From Clostridiales bacterium (lineage in GTDB: Bacteria > Bacillota > Clostridia > Oscillospirales > CAG-382): 64,000 nucleotides of DNA. Every line of letters begins with the position of its first letter. The first letter of the stretch is position 1. The notes beneath the pieces were generated by a model, which saw nothing but the letters and a program-made list of their open reading frames with translations, ran no database searches and was not told the origin of the DNA. Below are positions 45,734 to 55,423 of this stretch, piece by piece. The position numbers were made by a program, and so were the translations under genes. The stretch is from the NCBI GenBank assembly GCA_016286245.1, contig JAEESG010000001.1:460-64459 (forward strand), in the 5' to 3' direction.

Positions 45734-46350
45734 ACCCGGTTTTCCGCGTAAAAGCTTAAAACCACGCAGACGCAGAAGACGATAAGCGACAGATTGAACT
45801 GCGTAATGCGAAGTACGGCAAACGTGCCGCAGATAACGAAAAAAGACGATATATAAAAGGCGGCAAAACATATTTTGTCCGCCTTTTCGCTGTTTTTCAT
45901 CCGAAAGTGAACAAGCGCGTAAAGCATTCTTCCGCCGTCGAGATTTTTCAGCGGAATAACGTTGATAAGCGCGAGAAAAAGACTGCACACGCATGAAAAC
46001 ATCGAATAAATATCCTTTGAAAATACGTGAAAAACGTATGCGCAAAGCGAAAAGACGAGATTTGCCGCAATTCCCGAAAAGGCGACGGCAAGCTCTTTTT
46101 TGTACGGCAAAAGCGCGCAGTCAGAGTATATTACCGCGCCCGACGCGAGAATATCGACGCCGTAAATTTTAACGCCGAAAAGGCGCATTGCAAAAATATG
46201 GCCGAGCTCGTGAAACACGGCGCATAAAAGCACTATTGCGGTGAACGCGGAGAGCCCCGAAATAAAAATCGTCAGCGAAAATATGACGAAATATATGCTC
46301 ACGCGCACTTTCGTGCAGGGAATTTTAATAAATAACCGACCGTTTTTCAT
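45730..46350 (-). CDS. M50 site-2 protease family intramembrane metalloprotease (short form, no CBS domain)
   Basis: HELGH in a TM helix and NVIPLKNLDGG are present. 206 aa. Confidence 0.85.
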   Translation of the reverse strand: MKNGRLFIKIPCTKVRVSIYFVIFSLTIFISGLSAFTAIVLLCAVFHELGHIFAMRLFGVKIYGVDILASGAVIYSDCALLPYKKELAVAFSGIAANLVFSLCAYVFHVFSKDIYSMFSCVCSLFLALINVIPLKNLDGGRMLYALVHFRMKNSEKADKICFAAFYISSFFVICGTFAVLRITQFNLSLIVFCVCVVLSFYAENRV

Positions 46351-46404
46351 ATATCCGCCCCTTTTTATATCATTTTATTTTTCAAAAATGCCGGAAATGA
46401 CAAT

Positions 46405-46436
46405 AAAAAAAGGAAAGCAAAAGCTTTCCTTTTTTC
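46405..46436 (-). terminator. Rho-independent terminator of the ATPase gene
   Basis: AGGAAAGC-aaaa-GCTTTCCT with a T-run on the minus strand. Confidence 0.8.
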
Positions 46437-47552
46437 TTATCGGAACAGTTCTTTTATGAGCTTGTTTTCGTAAAGCGTTATTTTTTCGTAATCGGTGGCT
46501 TCGCCGTAGATTTTTTCAAGCTCGGCGTGAATTTCGCCTGCGGTTTTCAACTCGGAGAAAGCCTCTTTCATGAGCGATTTTTCACATTTTTCAGCAAACC
46601 GGTATTTTGCTCTGCTCTTTCTGTAAAGGGCAAGGTCGAAAAACCGCCCGAGATTTATGATTTTGTACTCTTTTCCCGCTTTTTCAAGGCCCGCGCAGTA
46701 TTCGTCTTCGTAGACGCTGACACTCAGCGACAGGGTCGGAAAATACAGACAGTTTATTCTGTCGGGATTGAGCTCGTGGACGCCCACGCACATTTCGGGC
46801 ACTCTGCCGAGCGCGTTTTCGTATAAGAGCTTGAAAAATACGTCGGCGGTCTTTTTTACGTCTTTGACGAAATAATTGTGAAGAGCGCTTTCTTCGGGGG
46901 TGAAAAAACGAACCTTTCCCGATTTTGAGCAGGCGCTCGTTACAATATGGCGGATTTTGGTGTGATGCGACGCGTTTTTGAAGTGCTTTGACGCAAATTT
47001 ATCGCTTGCGCGCCGTATTTTTTCATAATTTACGCATAAGGCGCTTATCGACATTTCCTCTTTTATGACGTTTTCGGCGGCGGCGAAAAGCAGATACGCG
47101 CGTTCGTAACAGTTTTCCTTAATTCCGGAAAGAGAGCATATTTTATCCTTTGATTCTTCAAGAAGGCGCGTGTCCCACGCTTCGCCGAGATTTAAAATTT
47201 TTCCCTTTGCGCCCGCGAATTTCGGCTCGAACGTGTGAGGCGCCGTCCCGTCTATTACGGCAAAGGAAAGCTCTTTGACAAGCACTCCGTCAAGGGAGGA
47301 CGGGTCGGAAGAGCAGTGATAGCAGACGGGGGAAAAGCCCCGCTCGATCGCGGCTTTCGCGACGTTTTTCATAATCGTGCTCTTTCCCACGCCGGGGCCG
47401 CCTTTTAACACAATGAGCTTATTTAAGGTTTCTGTATCGAAAATTTCAGAAAAAAAGCTGACAAATCCGTCGTATGTATTTGCCGCGGCAAAGAAGTGCT
47501 GCGCTTTGTCGGGCATATCACCCGAAATGTCCGAATATACCGTTTTGGTCAT
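46437..47552 (-). CDS. P-loop ATPase of the PRK06851-like family, conserved in Bacilli and Clostridia; function unknown
   Basis: 371 aa. FFAAANTYDGFVSFF, LKGGPGVGKST, HCSSDPSSLDGV and IDGTAPH match my recollection of that family. Confidence 0.6.
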   Translation of the reverse strand: MTKTVYSDISGDMPDKAQHFFAAANTYDGFVSFFSEIFDTETLNKLIVLKGGPGVGKSTIMKNVAKAAIERGFSPVCYHCSSDPSSLDGVLVKELSFAVIDGTAPHTFEPKFAGAKGKILNLGEAWDTRLLEESKDKICSLSGIKENCYERAYLLFAAAENVIKEEMSISALCVNYEKIRRASDKFASKHFKNASHHTKIRHIVTSACSKSGKVRFFTPEESALHNYFVKDVKKTADVFFKLLYENALGRVPEMCVGVHELNPDRINCLYFPTLSLSVSVYEDEYCAGLEKAGKEYKIINLGRFFDLALYRKSRAKYRFAEKCEKSLMKEAFSELKTAGEIHAELEKIYGEATDYEKITLYENKLIKELFR

Positions 47553-47648
47553 GGCAAATATCCTTTCTGAGTTTTAATTGACATCACTTTATACTATGCG
47601 AAAACGAAAAAAGAGTTACCGCGCGAAAAGCAGACGCCTTTTTGCGTA

Positions 47649-47675
47649 ACAAATTTTTTTCGTCTGCATAGAATA
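47649..47675 (+). promoter_or_regulatory. Candidate mother-cell (sigmaK/sigmaE-like) promoter of the tiny TM peptide gene
   Basis: AC (47649-47650), 16 nt spacer, CATAgaaTA (47667-47675). This fits the sigmaK pattern AC-N16/17-CATAnnnTA. No sigmaA-type promoter with correct spacing was seen. Confidence 0.3.
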
Positions 47676-47727
47676 ACAACAGGTAACGGGAAAACCGTTG
47701 CAAATAAACGTTTAAGGAGGAGTATTC

Positions 47728-47823
47728 ATGGCAGGCTGTCTTGCAAATGCTTTTGACGACAACAACAACCTTTGGCTTATAATTCTCATTGCAGTCATTA
47801 TCCTCTGTTGCTTCTGCGGCTGA
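47728..47823 (+). CDS. Unannotated 31-aa tiny transmembrane peptide (YjcZ / tiny_TM_bacill-like): MAGCLANAFDDNNNLWLIILIAVIILCCFCG
   Basis: An AAGGAGG RBS lies 7 nt upstream of the ATG. A dedicated terminator sits at 47883-47919. The ORF is too short for the ORF track. Confidence 0.6.
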   Translation: MAGCLANAFDDNNNLWLIILIAVIILCCFCG

Positions 47824-47882
47824 TATAAACATACAGTCGATGCCGCACGGAAATTTTTGCGTTTTGCGGCAAAAATTGACTT

Positions 47883-47919
47883 ACCGCCATACTTTCCGGA
47901 AAAGTATGGCGGTTTTTTT
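47883..47919 (+). terminator. Rho-independent terminator of the tiny peptide gene
   Basis: ACCGCCATACTTT-ccgga-AAAGTATGGCGGT followed by TTTTTTT. Confidence 0.85.
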
Positions 47920-47972
47920 GTTAAAATTATCCTGCGCGGGAAACAATGCGAAAAAACGGGATATATTGTGCC

Positions 47973-48001
47973 TTGATTATGCAAATGGGAGAATATATAA
48001 T
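47973..48001 (+). promoter_or_regulatory. Candidate sigmaA promoter of the CAP-domain gene
   Basis: TTGATT (47973-47978), 17 nt spacer, TATAAT (47996-48001). Confidence 0.5.
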
Positions 48002-48025
48002 TGTTTTCAGAAAGGAGAGATTTTG

Positions 48026-48934
48026 ATGAAAAAGCTGTTTGCTGTCATTATTTCCGTAATGTTTGTTGCACTTCCTTTAACTGTAAGCGCAAGAACGATA
48101 AGCGGAAGCAAAATTTCCGTAAAAGACATCCTTGATAGTGTGAAAAATTATAAGAATATTTCGGTTAACGCTGCCGAACAAAACTCCGACTGCCCGATAA
48201 AGAATATTATCGGCAAAAATCTTAAGGGCGTCGTTTTCGATATCCTCACCAAAAATGAAATACCCTGCACGGATTGCGAAAACACGAATGAAACCGAAGA
48301 CGTTCTTAAAAGCATCATTGAAAAGTTCATAAAAACTTTCCCCGAAATAAAAGAGGAGCCGAAAGAGGAAATTCCCGAACAAGCTGAAGAACCCGAAGAA
48401 CGCGAAGAACCCGAAGAACGCGAAGAACCCGAGGAACACGAGGAACCTGAAGAACACGAGGATTGGCATGAGCCCGAAATCATTCTTCAGCCCGGACGTC
48501 CCGAACAAATCGAACGTCCCGAACCCGAACACAGCGAGCCCGAAAATACTTACAAAAACGAAAACGAATACGTAAACGAGGTTTTGTCGCTTGTAAACAA
48601 GTACAGAAACGCATCTGGACTTAATTCCGTAACGCTTGACGAAAATCTGTGCGAAGCGGCGCAGATAAGAGCAAAAGAGACGAGAACGTCGTTCTCGCAC
48701 ACGCGCCCGTCGGGCAAAAGCTGCTTTACCGTGCTGTCCGACCTCGGAATAAGCTACAGAGGCGCCGGCGAGAACATAGCGTACGGACAGTCGTCGCCGG
48801 ATGAGGTTATGACTGCCTGGATGAACTCCGAGGGACACCGCGCAAACATAATGAACCCGTCCTTTACAAAACTCGGCGTGGGCGTTTATTCCGTTTCGGG
48901 CATAATCTACTGGGCGCAGATGTTCACGTATTAA
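48026..48934 (+). CDS. Secreted CAP/SCP (YkwD-like) domain protein with an acidic PEE-repeat linker
   Basis: The signal peptide is MKKLFAVIISVMFVALPLTVSA. The C-terminal CAP motifs read NKYRNASGL...GENIAYGQ...WMNSEGHRANIMNPSFTKLGVG. The start was trimmed from 47789 to the ATG at 48026, which has an AAGGAGAG RBS. Confidence 0.88.
   Translation: MKKLFAVIISVMFVALPLTVSARTISGSKISVKDILDSVKNYKNISVNAAEQNSDCPIKNIIGKNLKGVVFDILTKNEIPCTDCENTNETEDVLKSIIEKFIKTFPEIKEEPKEEIPEQAEEPEEREEPEEREEPEEHEEPEEHEDWHEPEIILQPGRPEQIERPEPEHSEPENTYKNENEYVNEVLSLVNKYRNASGLNSVTLDENLCEAAQIRAKETRTSFSHTRPSGKSCFTVLSDLGISYRGAGENIAYGQSSPDEVMTAWMNSEGHRANIMNPSFTKLGVGVYSVSGIIYWAQMFTY
48386..48457 (+). repeat. Intragenic 18-bp tandem repeat x4, encoding (EEPEE[RH])4
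   Basis: The units are GAAGAACCCGAAGAACGC x2, GAAGAACCCGAGGAACAC and GAGGAACCTGAAGAACAC, all in frame. Confidence 0.9.
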
Positions 48935-48967
48935 AATAAAATTTTTTTCACACATTGCTTTTTAAGA

Positions 48968-49045
48968 AAAAGCACTCCCGGGAGCAAAAATGCGGCTCCG
49001 AGGGGGTGCTTTTTGCCGCGCGCCAATATTGGCGCGCGCTTTAAT
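48968..49045 (+). terminator. Tandem stem-loops after the CAP gene, including the 22-bp perfect GC-rich palindrome CGCGCGCCAATATTGGCGCGCG (49017-49038)
   Basis: An imperfect hairpin AAAAGCAC...GTGCTTTTT (48968-49014) is followed by the palindrome and then cTTTAATTTTT. Confidence 0.7.
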
Positions 49046-49131
49046 TTTTGTAATAATTATGTAGACAAAAAATAAGTAATGTGTTATAATTATAATAACT
49101 ATATATATGTGTTAATAAAGGACTGATAATT

Positions 49132-49683
49132 TTGCAAAGACCTTTAAGAGAATATTTAAAAATAACGTCCGACCTTGCGAGAGGATTTTTTAAGAAATGC
49201 CGGTTTTCCTCCTGCGGCCCGCTTTTCCGCGCCGAAAAGGGAGTAAGAATCATACGCAGAAGCTGCGATATTGACGTCGGAAGAAAGGTTTATCTTCACA
49301 GGGGAGTCAAGGTAAGCGGCTGCGGTACGAAGGACAAAAAGGCGAAAATTTATTTCGGCGACGGCGTCGCAATAGGCGACAGGACCGAAATACACGCGGG
49401 TGAAAGCATTGTAATCGGCGAGGGAACGCTCGTCGCGTGGGACTGCTGTATTCTTGACAGGGACTACCATAAGTTCGGCGGAGAAAAAGAGATAATAAAG
49501 CCCGTAAACATCGGAAAACACGTGTGGATAGGCTGCCATTCGATAATACTCAAAGGCGTAAATATCGGCGACGGCGCGGTAATTGCGGCAGGCTCGGTCG
49601 TAACCAAAGACGTGCCTGAGCGTGCGCTTGTCGGCGGAAATCCCGCAAAAGTCATAAAGGAACAGGTTACCTGGAATGAATAA
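49132..49683 (+). CDS. Hexapeptide-repeat (LbH) O-acetyltransferase
   Basis: The repeats read [22 protein letters not shown]...[39 protein letters not shown] start. A TAGACA-17-TGtTATAAT promoter lies at 49062-49090. Confidence 0.85.
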   Translation: MQRPLREYLKITSDLARGFFKKCRFSSCGPLFRAEKGVRIIRRSCDIDVGRKVYLHRGVKVSGCGTKDKKAKIYFGDGVAIGDRTEIHAGESIVIGEGTLVAWDCCILDRDYHKFGGEKEIIKPVNIGKHVWIGCHSIILKGVNIGDGAVIAAGSVVTKDVPERALVGGNPAKVIKEQVTWNE

Positions 49684-51256
49684 CGAAAACGCGGGTTCTA
49701 AAATCGTTTCAAAGGGCATTGCGGGCTCGGTCAGCTTCGTAATGATAATAATGATATTTTCAAGGCTGCTTGCGCTGGTTTCGACGCAGGTTTACATGTC
49801 GTATTTCGGACTTGACAGCTTCTTGAATATATATTCCTTTGCCGTAAGCGTTCCGAACATCGTCTTCAACTGCTTCGGAACGGCGCTTGCAACTGTGGTT
49901 ATCCCGATATACGCGGGACACCTCGCAAAAGGCGAAAACGAAAAGGCGGCGCGCTTTGCAAACAACATAATTACCGTTGCAAGCACGTTTACGGCGCTGC
50001 TCGTGCTTGTCGGAATCGGAATTTCTCCGTTCCTGCCAAAGCTTACGGCGTTCAGAACGGGAGAAGAGTACTCGTTTGCGGTAAAAGCACTTATGATAAT
50101 GATGCCCGTCATGCTTTTCTACGGGCTCAACTATATTTTTCAGGGCATACTGCAGTCTCACGGAAAATACGGATTTCCCGCGTTCGTGAGCGTGCCGAGC
50201 TCGCTTGTGGTCATAGCGTACGTATTCCTGCTCGGCGATAAATACGGAATTTCTGGGCTTCTCGTCGCAACCTTTATCGGACTTTCGCTGCAGGCGCTCA
50301 TACTGATTCCGCCTGCCGTCGCCTCGGGCTTCAGATATAAATTTACGTTCTCGCTGAAAGACGAGGATATGAAGACGGCGGGAAAGATGGCGCTTCCCGT
50401 ACTCATAGGGGTCTCTGCGTATCAGCTCAACATGTTTTACAACACAACGATGATAGCGAACTTCGAGGGCATGGTAACGCTTCTGACGTACGTTCAGAAT
50501 ATAGTCGTGTATATGGTGCTTGCGTTTGTGTACTCGGTAACCGCCGTGGTTTATCCGAAACTTTCGGAAAGCGCGTCGAAAAACGATACACAAGGCTACA
50601 AATATACGCTTTCGTCGGTGCTGGGCAGCGTGATGATGCTGCTCGTGCCGGTAACCTTCGGCTTTATAACGGTGAGAAAACCGTTGCTCGAGCTCATTGC
50701 CAACTGGGGAAAAATTACGCCGGATGACATCGAAAAAGCGGGCATGCTCATGCTCATGTATTCGATAGGAATTGTCGGCATAGGCTCGAAAGAGATACTC
50801 GACAGGGCGTTTTACGCGATAAAGAACACCAAAATCCCCGCGATAAACGGGTTTGTGATTATGGGAGTGAATATAGCTCTCAGCCTTGTGCTCATAAACT
50901 TTATCGGCGCGTACGGAATACCGCTTGCGTACTCCGTTTCGTCGCTTACGGGACTGTGCGTGCTTCTGTTTATGCTTAAAAGGAAAATCGGCGCGTACGG
51001 AAAAGGTCTCGGCGCGGATTTCATAAAGTGCCTGATTTCGGGAATAATCATGGCGCTTGCGGTTACGGGAGTAAACGTGCTTCTTGAAAGCGCAATCGTC
51101 TCGACGGGAATAGTATCAAGGCTCGTAAAACTCATACTTCCGGTGCTTACGGGAATAATCGTTTACGCGCTGTGCGTACTTGTTCTTAAAGTAAGTGCGC
51201 TTGACGGAGTTATAAAGACTGTAAAGGATAAATTCATAAAAAACAAAAACGTGTAA
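49676..51256 (+). CDS. MOP-superfamily flippase (MurJ/MviN-like; possible CsaA-type polysaccharide exporter)
   Basis: 526 aa with about 14 TMs. The N-terminus is typical of MurJ-type proteins. It lies in the polysaccharide cluster. Confidence 0.8.
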   Translation: MNNENAGSKIVSKGIAGSVSFVMIIMIFSRLLALVSTQVYMSYFGLDSFLNIYSFAVSVPNIVFNCFGTALATVVIPIYAGHLAKGENEKAARFANNIITVASTFTALLVLVGIGISPFLPKLTAFRTGEEYSFAVKALMIMMPVMLFYGLNYIFQGILQSHGKYGFPAFVSVPSSLVVIAYVFLLGDKYGISGLLVATFIGLSLQALILIPPAVASGFRYKFTFSLKDEDMKTAGKMALPVLIGVSAYQLNMFYNTTMIANFEGMVTLLTYVQNIVVYMVLAFVYSVTAVVYPKLSESASKNDTQGYKYTLSSVLGSVMMLLVPVTFGFITVRKPLLELIANWGKITPDDIEKAGMLMLMYSIGIVGIGSKEILDRAFYAIKNTKIPAINGFVIMGVNIALSLVLINFIGAYGIPLAYSVSSLTGLCVLLFMLKRKIGAYGKGLGADFIKCLISGIIMALAVTGVNVLLESAIVSTGIVSRLVKLILPVLTGIIVYALCVLVLKVSALDGVIKTVKDKFIKNKNV

Positions 51257-51270
51257 CGGGGGAAGGCATA

Positions 51271-51819
51271 TTGAAAAGCATATCAAGAGCAATCGGATAC
51301 GTTCTCTATTATTTTTTCGCAAGGCATCTTCCGAGTTCGGGAGCGCCGTACCGCCTTTTTGCAAGGCAGATACGCAAGGTATGCGCGAAAATGATGTTCG
51401 ACAAGTGCGGAAAGCACGTAAATATCGAGCACGGAGCGTTTCTTGCCTCGGGAAAGGGAGTCGAAATCGGCGACAACTCGGGCATAGGACTTGACTGCAG
51501 GATTGCGGGCCCTCTTTCGATAGGAAACGATGTCATGATGGCGCCGAACGTTACGATAGTAACGCAGAATCACGAGGTTTCGGACCTGACGCGCCCCATG
51601 CGGCTTCAGACGGCGCCGAAAAAGAAGGTTGTCATAGGCTCGGACGTGTGGATAGGCGCAAACGCCGTCATTATGCCGGGAGTAAATATAGGAAACGGCG
51701 CGATAATAGGCGCGGGAGCCGTGGTTACGAAAGACGTGCCGGATTATGCCGTTGTGGGAGGCGTTCCCGCAAGAATAATAAAAAGCAGACTTCCCGAAAA
51801 TAAGGAAAAACAACAATAA
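51271..51819 (+). CDS. Second hexapeptide-repeat acetyltransferase
   Basis: The repeats read [13 protein letters not shown]...[39 protein letters not shown] start after GGGGGAAGG. Confidence 0.85.
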   Translation: MKSISRAIGYVLYYFFARHLPSSGAPYRLFARQIRKVCAKMMFDKCGKHVNIEHGAFLASGKGVEIGDNSGIGLDCRIAGPLSIGNDVMMAPNVTIVTQNHEVSDLTRPMRLQTAPKKKVVIGSDVWIGANAVIMPGVNIGNGAIIGAGAVVTKDVPDYAVVGGVPARIIKSRLPENKEKQQ

Positions 51820-51840
51820 TCGCAAAACGGAGGTATTTTT

Positions 51841-52941
51841 TTGAGGGTTCTTTATCTTATAAACCACGCGGGCAAGGCGGGAACCGAAAAATACGTGTAC
51901 AATCTCATAAAGAGATTCAACGGAAAGGAGACGCAGTGCTTTTTCGCGTTCAACGAGGCGGGACTTCTGTCCGAGCAGCTCGACGACCTCGGAATCCCGT
52001 GCTTTCAGTTTGAAATGCGAAAGCCGTTCGATTACCGCGCAGCAAAAAAGCTTGCGGAAATATGTAAGGCGCACGATATCGACATCATCCACTCGCAGTA
52101 TCCGCGCGAAAACTATATTTCGGTGCTGTCAAAGCATTATTACAAAAAGCCGAAGACGATTTATACCTGCCACTTAACGCTCAAAACAGGCTTTTCGTGG
52201 TTTGTTACCAATAAAATCATGACGCCGCGCGACGATAAGATAATCGCCGTTTGCAACAACGCAAAGGAGCTTCTGGTGTCAAACGGCGTAAATCCTAAGA
52301 AAATCGACGTCATTTTCAACGGAATTCCGTACGACGAACAGCCGAATCCGCCGTCGACGCTCAGAGAAGAGCTCGGAATATCGGACGACACGTTCGTAAT
52401 ATCCATTCTCGCAAGGTACCACATGTCGAAAGGGCTTGATTTTCTCGTTGATTCCGTTGAAAAACTCGATAAGATGATGAAGAGGAAATACGTGCTTCTT
52501 ATTGCGGGCGAAGGGGAATTTTACGAGCAGATAAAGGAAAGAATACATAATAAAGGACTCGACGGAAAAATAATTCAGCTCGGTTTTCGCAGCGACACCG
52601 AAAACATACTGTGCGCGTCCGACGCATACGTGAACTCGTCGAAATGCTACGAGGCGCTGAGCTTTGCGATACTCGAGGCGCTCTCCAAAAGACTTCCCGT
52701 CGTCGTAACCAACGCGGGCGGAAATCCAGATATAGTAAACGAAAGGACAAACTGCGGATTTATCACCGATTACGGCGATACACAGGCATTTGCAGAGGCG
52801 CTGTTTAAGCTCAGCGAAGACGCCGAACTTGCGCGCACGCTCGGCGAAAACGGCAAAAAGGCGACTAAGGATATATTCAATCTTGAAAAAGTACTGCTCG
52901 AAACGCTCGACGTGTATAAGGGCGTGCTCGGCGAAAAATAA
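51841..52941 (+). CDS. Glycosyltransferase family 4 (GT-B fold)
   Basis: 366 aa. The C-terminal EALSFAILEALSKRLPVVVTNAGGNPDIV matches the E-x7-E region. TTG start after GGAGG. Confidence 0.85.
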   Translation: MRVLYLINHAGKAGTEKYVYNLIKRFNGKETQCFFAFNEAGLLSEQLDDLGIPCFQFEMRKPFDYRAAKKLAEICKAHDIDIIHSQYPRENYISVLSKHYYKKPKTIYTCHLTLKTGFSWFVTNKIMTPRDDKIIAVCNNAKELLVSNGVNPKKIDVIFNGIPYDEQPNPPSTLREELGISDDTFVISILARYHMSKGLDFLVDSVEKLDKMMKRKYVLLIAGEGEFYEQIKERIHNKGLDGKIIQLGFRSDTENILCASDAYVNSSKCYEALSFAILEALSKRLPVVVTNAGGNPDIVNERTNCGFITDYGDTQAFAEALFKLSEDAELARTLGENGKKATKDIFNLEKVLLETLDVYKGVLGEK

Positions 52942-52961
52942 AACGAAACGGAGAAAAGAAA

Positions 52962-53819
52962 ATGATTAAGGACGGAAAACTTTTCGGAAAAATAAACGTG
53001 ATAGATTTTTTGGTAATACTGCTCGTTGTTGCGATAATCGCGGCAGGGGTAAAATTTGTGTTCTTCAACAAGGGCAACGCCCCCGACACGCTCATAATGA
53101 AATTCAGAATAGAGGAAGTCGATAACTTCGTCGCCGAAAAGGTGCACGTCGGCGACAGCCTTTACGACGACACGGGCGAGAACGATCTCGGAAAGGTAAT
53201 CGACGTCGAAACGGACGAATCCATCTCCTACAGCGTATCCGAGGACGGACTTTACAACATGACGTCCAGAGAGGGCTATAAGTCGATGATTATAACCGGC
53301 GAGGTGCAGGGCAAAAAGACAAAGCTCGGCGCCGAAATAAAGGGCACGAAATACGGCGTCGGACACTCGATGGTGCTTCGCGCGGGCGACGCAAAGCTTT
53401 ATCTGCGCGTTTACGATATAAAACTCAAGGACAATGAAGACGACGGCGAGGGCGAAGAAGATACGGATAAGAAAATCAACGCTTCGCTTACGCTTTACTG
53501 CGAGGAGGAGTTTGACTTCGTCGCCGACAGCGTAAAGAAGGGAGATATTGCCTTCGATATGCTCAAAAACACAAAGCTCGGCAAGATAACAGACGTGGTC
53601 GTTAAACCCGCCGAAGATTTCGCAGTTACGGTCGAGGGCGCGCAGAAGTACGAAAAAGACGGCTTTTCGAGCGTGGAATTCAAGTGCGAAACCCATGCCG
53701 AAAAGGACGAAAAGGGCGTGCTCATCAACGGCAAGAGCTACCACATAGGCTCGAAAGTTACCGTAAGCGCGGGACAGACGAGGGTTTCCGCCGTTATAAA
53801 GAATATTGAAATCAAATAA
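52962..53819 (+). CDS. DUF4330-family protein (N-terminal TM anchor)
   Basis: MIKDGKLFGKINVIDFLVILLVVAIIAAG is the characteristic DUF4330 N-terminus. Confidence 0.7.
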   Translation: MIKDGKLFGKINVIDFLVILLVVAIIAAGVKFVFFNKGNAPDTLIMKFRIEEVDNFVAEKVHVGDSLYDDTGENDLGKVIDVETDESISYSVSEDGLYNMTSREGYKSMIITGEVQGKKTKLGAEIKGTKYGVGHSMVLRAGDAKLYLRVYDIKLKDNEDDGEGEEDTDKKINASLTLYCEEEFDFVADSVKKGDIAFDMLKNTKLGKITDVVVKPAEDFAVTVEGAQKYEKDGFSSVEFKCETHAEKDEKGVLINGKSYHIGSKVTVSAGQTRVSAVIKNIEIK

Positions 53820-53835
53820 ACGGAGATAGTTTTGT

Positions 53836-55410
53836 ATGACACAAAGCAGTAAAATTTGCTCTTTTGTGATTTTTCTGTGGAAAACCTTTCTTGACAGCCG
53901 CGTTTATTCGTTTCTTGAGGGAATCATATGCTTTTTCGCCGATTCCTACGGCAAGAGCAGATTAAGAAGAATTCTCGTCGGCAGAAACGACATCGAGGAT
54001 TTCGCTTATAATTCGTCCTTTTACGGCTTTCTCGGAAAAATATGGAAAAGAATTGTAAATACGCTTTCTGCGATATGCGCGCTTTTTGAAAAGGGACTTG
54101 AAGGCAGTCTTTTGCAAAAAATTTATTTTTCTTTTTTCAAAAACGACCTTCGCGAAAACGCCGTTTATATCACGTCGTTTCTGTGCGTGATAATTTTCGC
54201 CTTTCCCCATCAGCTGTGGGCAAACCCGTTCGGACTTGCGTTTGCGGTGATACTGATTGCAGTTTACGCCGCCGCCGTTTCGAAAGATAAAGGCGGAAGT
54301 TTTGCGGGAAAAGACGTCAAAGGCGTGTGGCTGTGTATGCTTGCGTTCGGCTTCTGTCTTGCCGCAAGCACGTTTATAAGTTATGATATTGCCGACAGCG
54401 CGCGCGTGCTCACGTTCTTCATAACGTCGTATACGCTTTGCTTTTCGGTTTACGCAGTCGTAAGAAGCGAAAAGGGACTCGATATAATCACGGGCTTTAT
54501 GTATGCCGTTTTACAGATAATGTCGGCGTTCGCAGTCGTGCAGAGAATACTCGGAATAGAGGCGGACGCGTCGCTTACCGACCTTGAACTCAATAAGGAT
54601 ATGCCGGGAAGAGTGTTCTCGACGCTCGGAAACCCGAACAATTTTGCGGAATTTCTCGTGCTGTTTATCCCGTTTGCGCTCGCGTTTGCGCTCAACCGCG
54701 AAAAGGGTAAAAAGAGAAACGCCGCGCTGTGCGGAATGCTTGTGCCGCTTGCGGCAATTCTTCTCACCTATTCGCGCTCGGGCTGGATTGCGCTTGCGAT
54801 TGCGGCTGTTATATTCGTATTTCTGTACGACAAAAGGCTTGTCCCGGTTCTTATCGTGCTCGTCCTTGCGGCAATTCCGATAATGCCGAGGCATATTCTT
54901 GACAGAATCCTCACGATAGGCAATATGAAGGACTCGTCAAGCTCTTACAGAGTCGATATATGGACAGGCTGCGCGCGAATGCTCAAAGACTACTGGTATA
55001 CGGGCGTGGGACTCGGAACGGGCGGCTTTGCGGAGATTTATCCCGCGTACGCCGTGGGAACGAGCGGAGTTGCGCCGCACTCGCACATGCACTTTATGGA
55101 AATGCTCGTTGAGCTCGGCGCTGCGGGCTTTATAAGCTACGTTGCGATGACCTTTACGATAATAAAGAGGTCGTTTGTCGCGTCGTCGAAAAGGGTGAGC
55201 GAAAAGACGAGAAACGTCGCCGTCGCGGCGGCGGCGGCCATGACGGGAATAGTCATGATAGGCTGTTTTGAGTACTGCTGGTTTTATCCGAGAGTTATGT
55301 TCGCGTTCTTCGTGTGCGCGGGTATAGCGATGGCGGCGGTAAGACTTGCAAAGAATGAAACCGAAAATTACCGCGGAAACGAAAATATAAGCGGAAAAAA
55401 GGAAATTTAA
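53836..55410 (+). CDS. O-antigen ligase/polymerase-family (Wzy_C) polytopic membrane protein
   Basis: 524 aa with more than 10 TMs. It has a central loop with the TYSRSGWIAL pattern and a later HSHMHFMEMLVELG segment. Confidence 0.8.
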   Translation: MTQSSKICSFVIFLWKTFLDSRVYSFLEGIICFFADSYGKSRLRRILVGRNDIEDFAYNSSFYGFLGKIWKRIVNTLSAICALFEKGLEGSLLQKIYFSFFKNDLRENAVYITSFLCVIIFAFPHQLWANPFGLAFAVILIAVYAAAVSKDKGGSFAGKDVKGVWLCMLAFGFCLAASTFISYDIADSARVLTFFITSYTLCFSVYAVVRSEKGLDIITGFMYAVLQIMSAFAVVQRILGIEADASLTDLELNKDMPGRVFSTLGNPNNFAEFLVLFIPFALAFALNREKGKKRNAALCGMLVPLAAILLTYSRSGWIALAIAAVIFVFLYDKRLVPVLIVLVLAAIPIMPRHILDRILTIGNMKDSSSSYRVDIWTGCARMLKDYWYTGVGLGTGGFAEIYPAYAVGTSGVAPHSHMHFMEMLVELGAAGFISYVAMTFTIIKRSFVASSKRVSEKTRNVAVAAAAAMTGIVMIGCFEYCWFYPRVMFAFFVCAGIAMAAVRLAKNETENYRGNENISGKKEI

Positions 55411-55423
55411 GGAGTAAAAACCG

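Noticed and set aside
47584-47984. Minus-strand ORFs at 47584-47832 and 47712-47984 in the gap between the ATPase gene and the CAP gene.
   Set aside because: They have no RBS and no motifs. They run antisense across a plus-strand mini-gene that has a perfect RBS and its own terminator.
49017-49038. The 22-bp perfect GC-rich palindrome CGCGCGCCAATATTGGCGCGCG as a protein-binding or restriction-related site.
   Set aside because: It sits directly after the CAP gene, follows another hairpin, and is followed by a T-rich tract. The simplest reading is part of a tandem terminator. No nearby regulator or R-M gene suggests otherwise.
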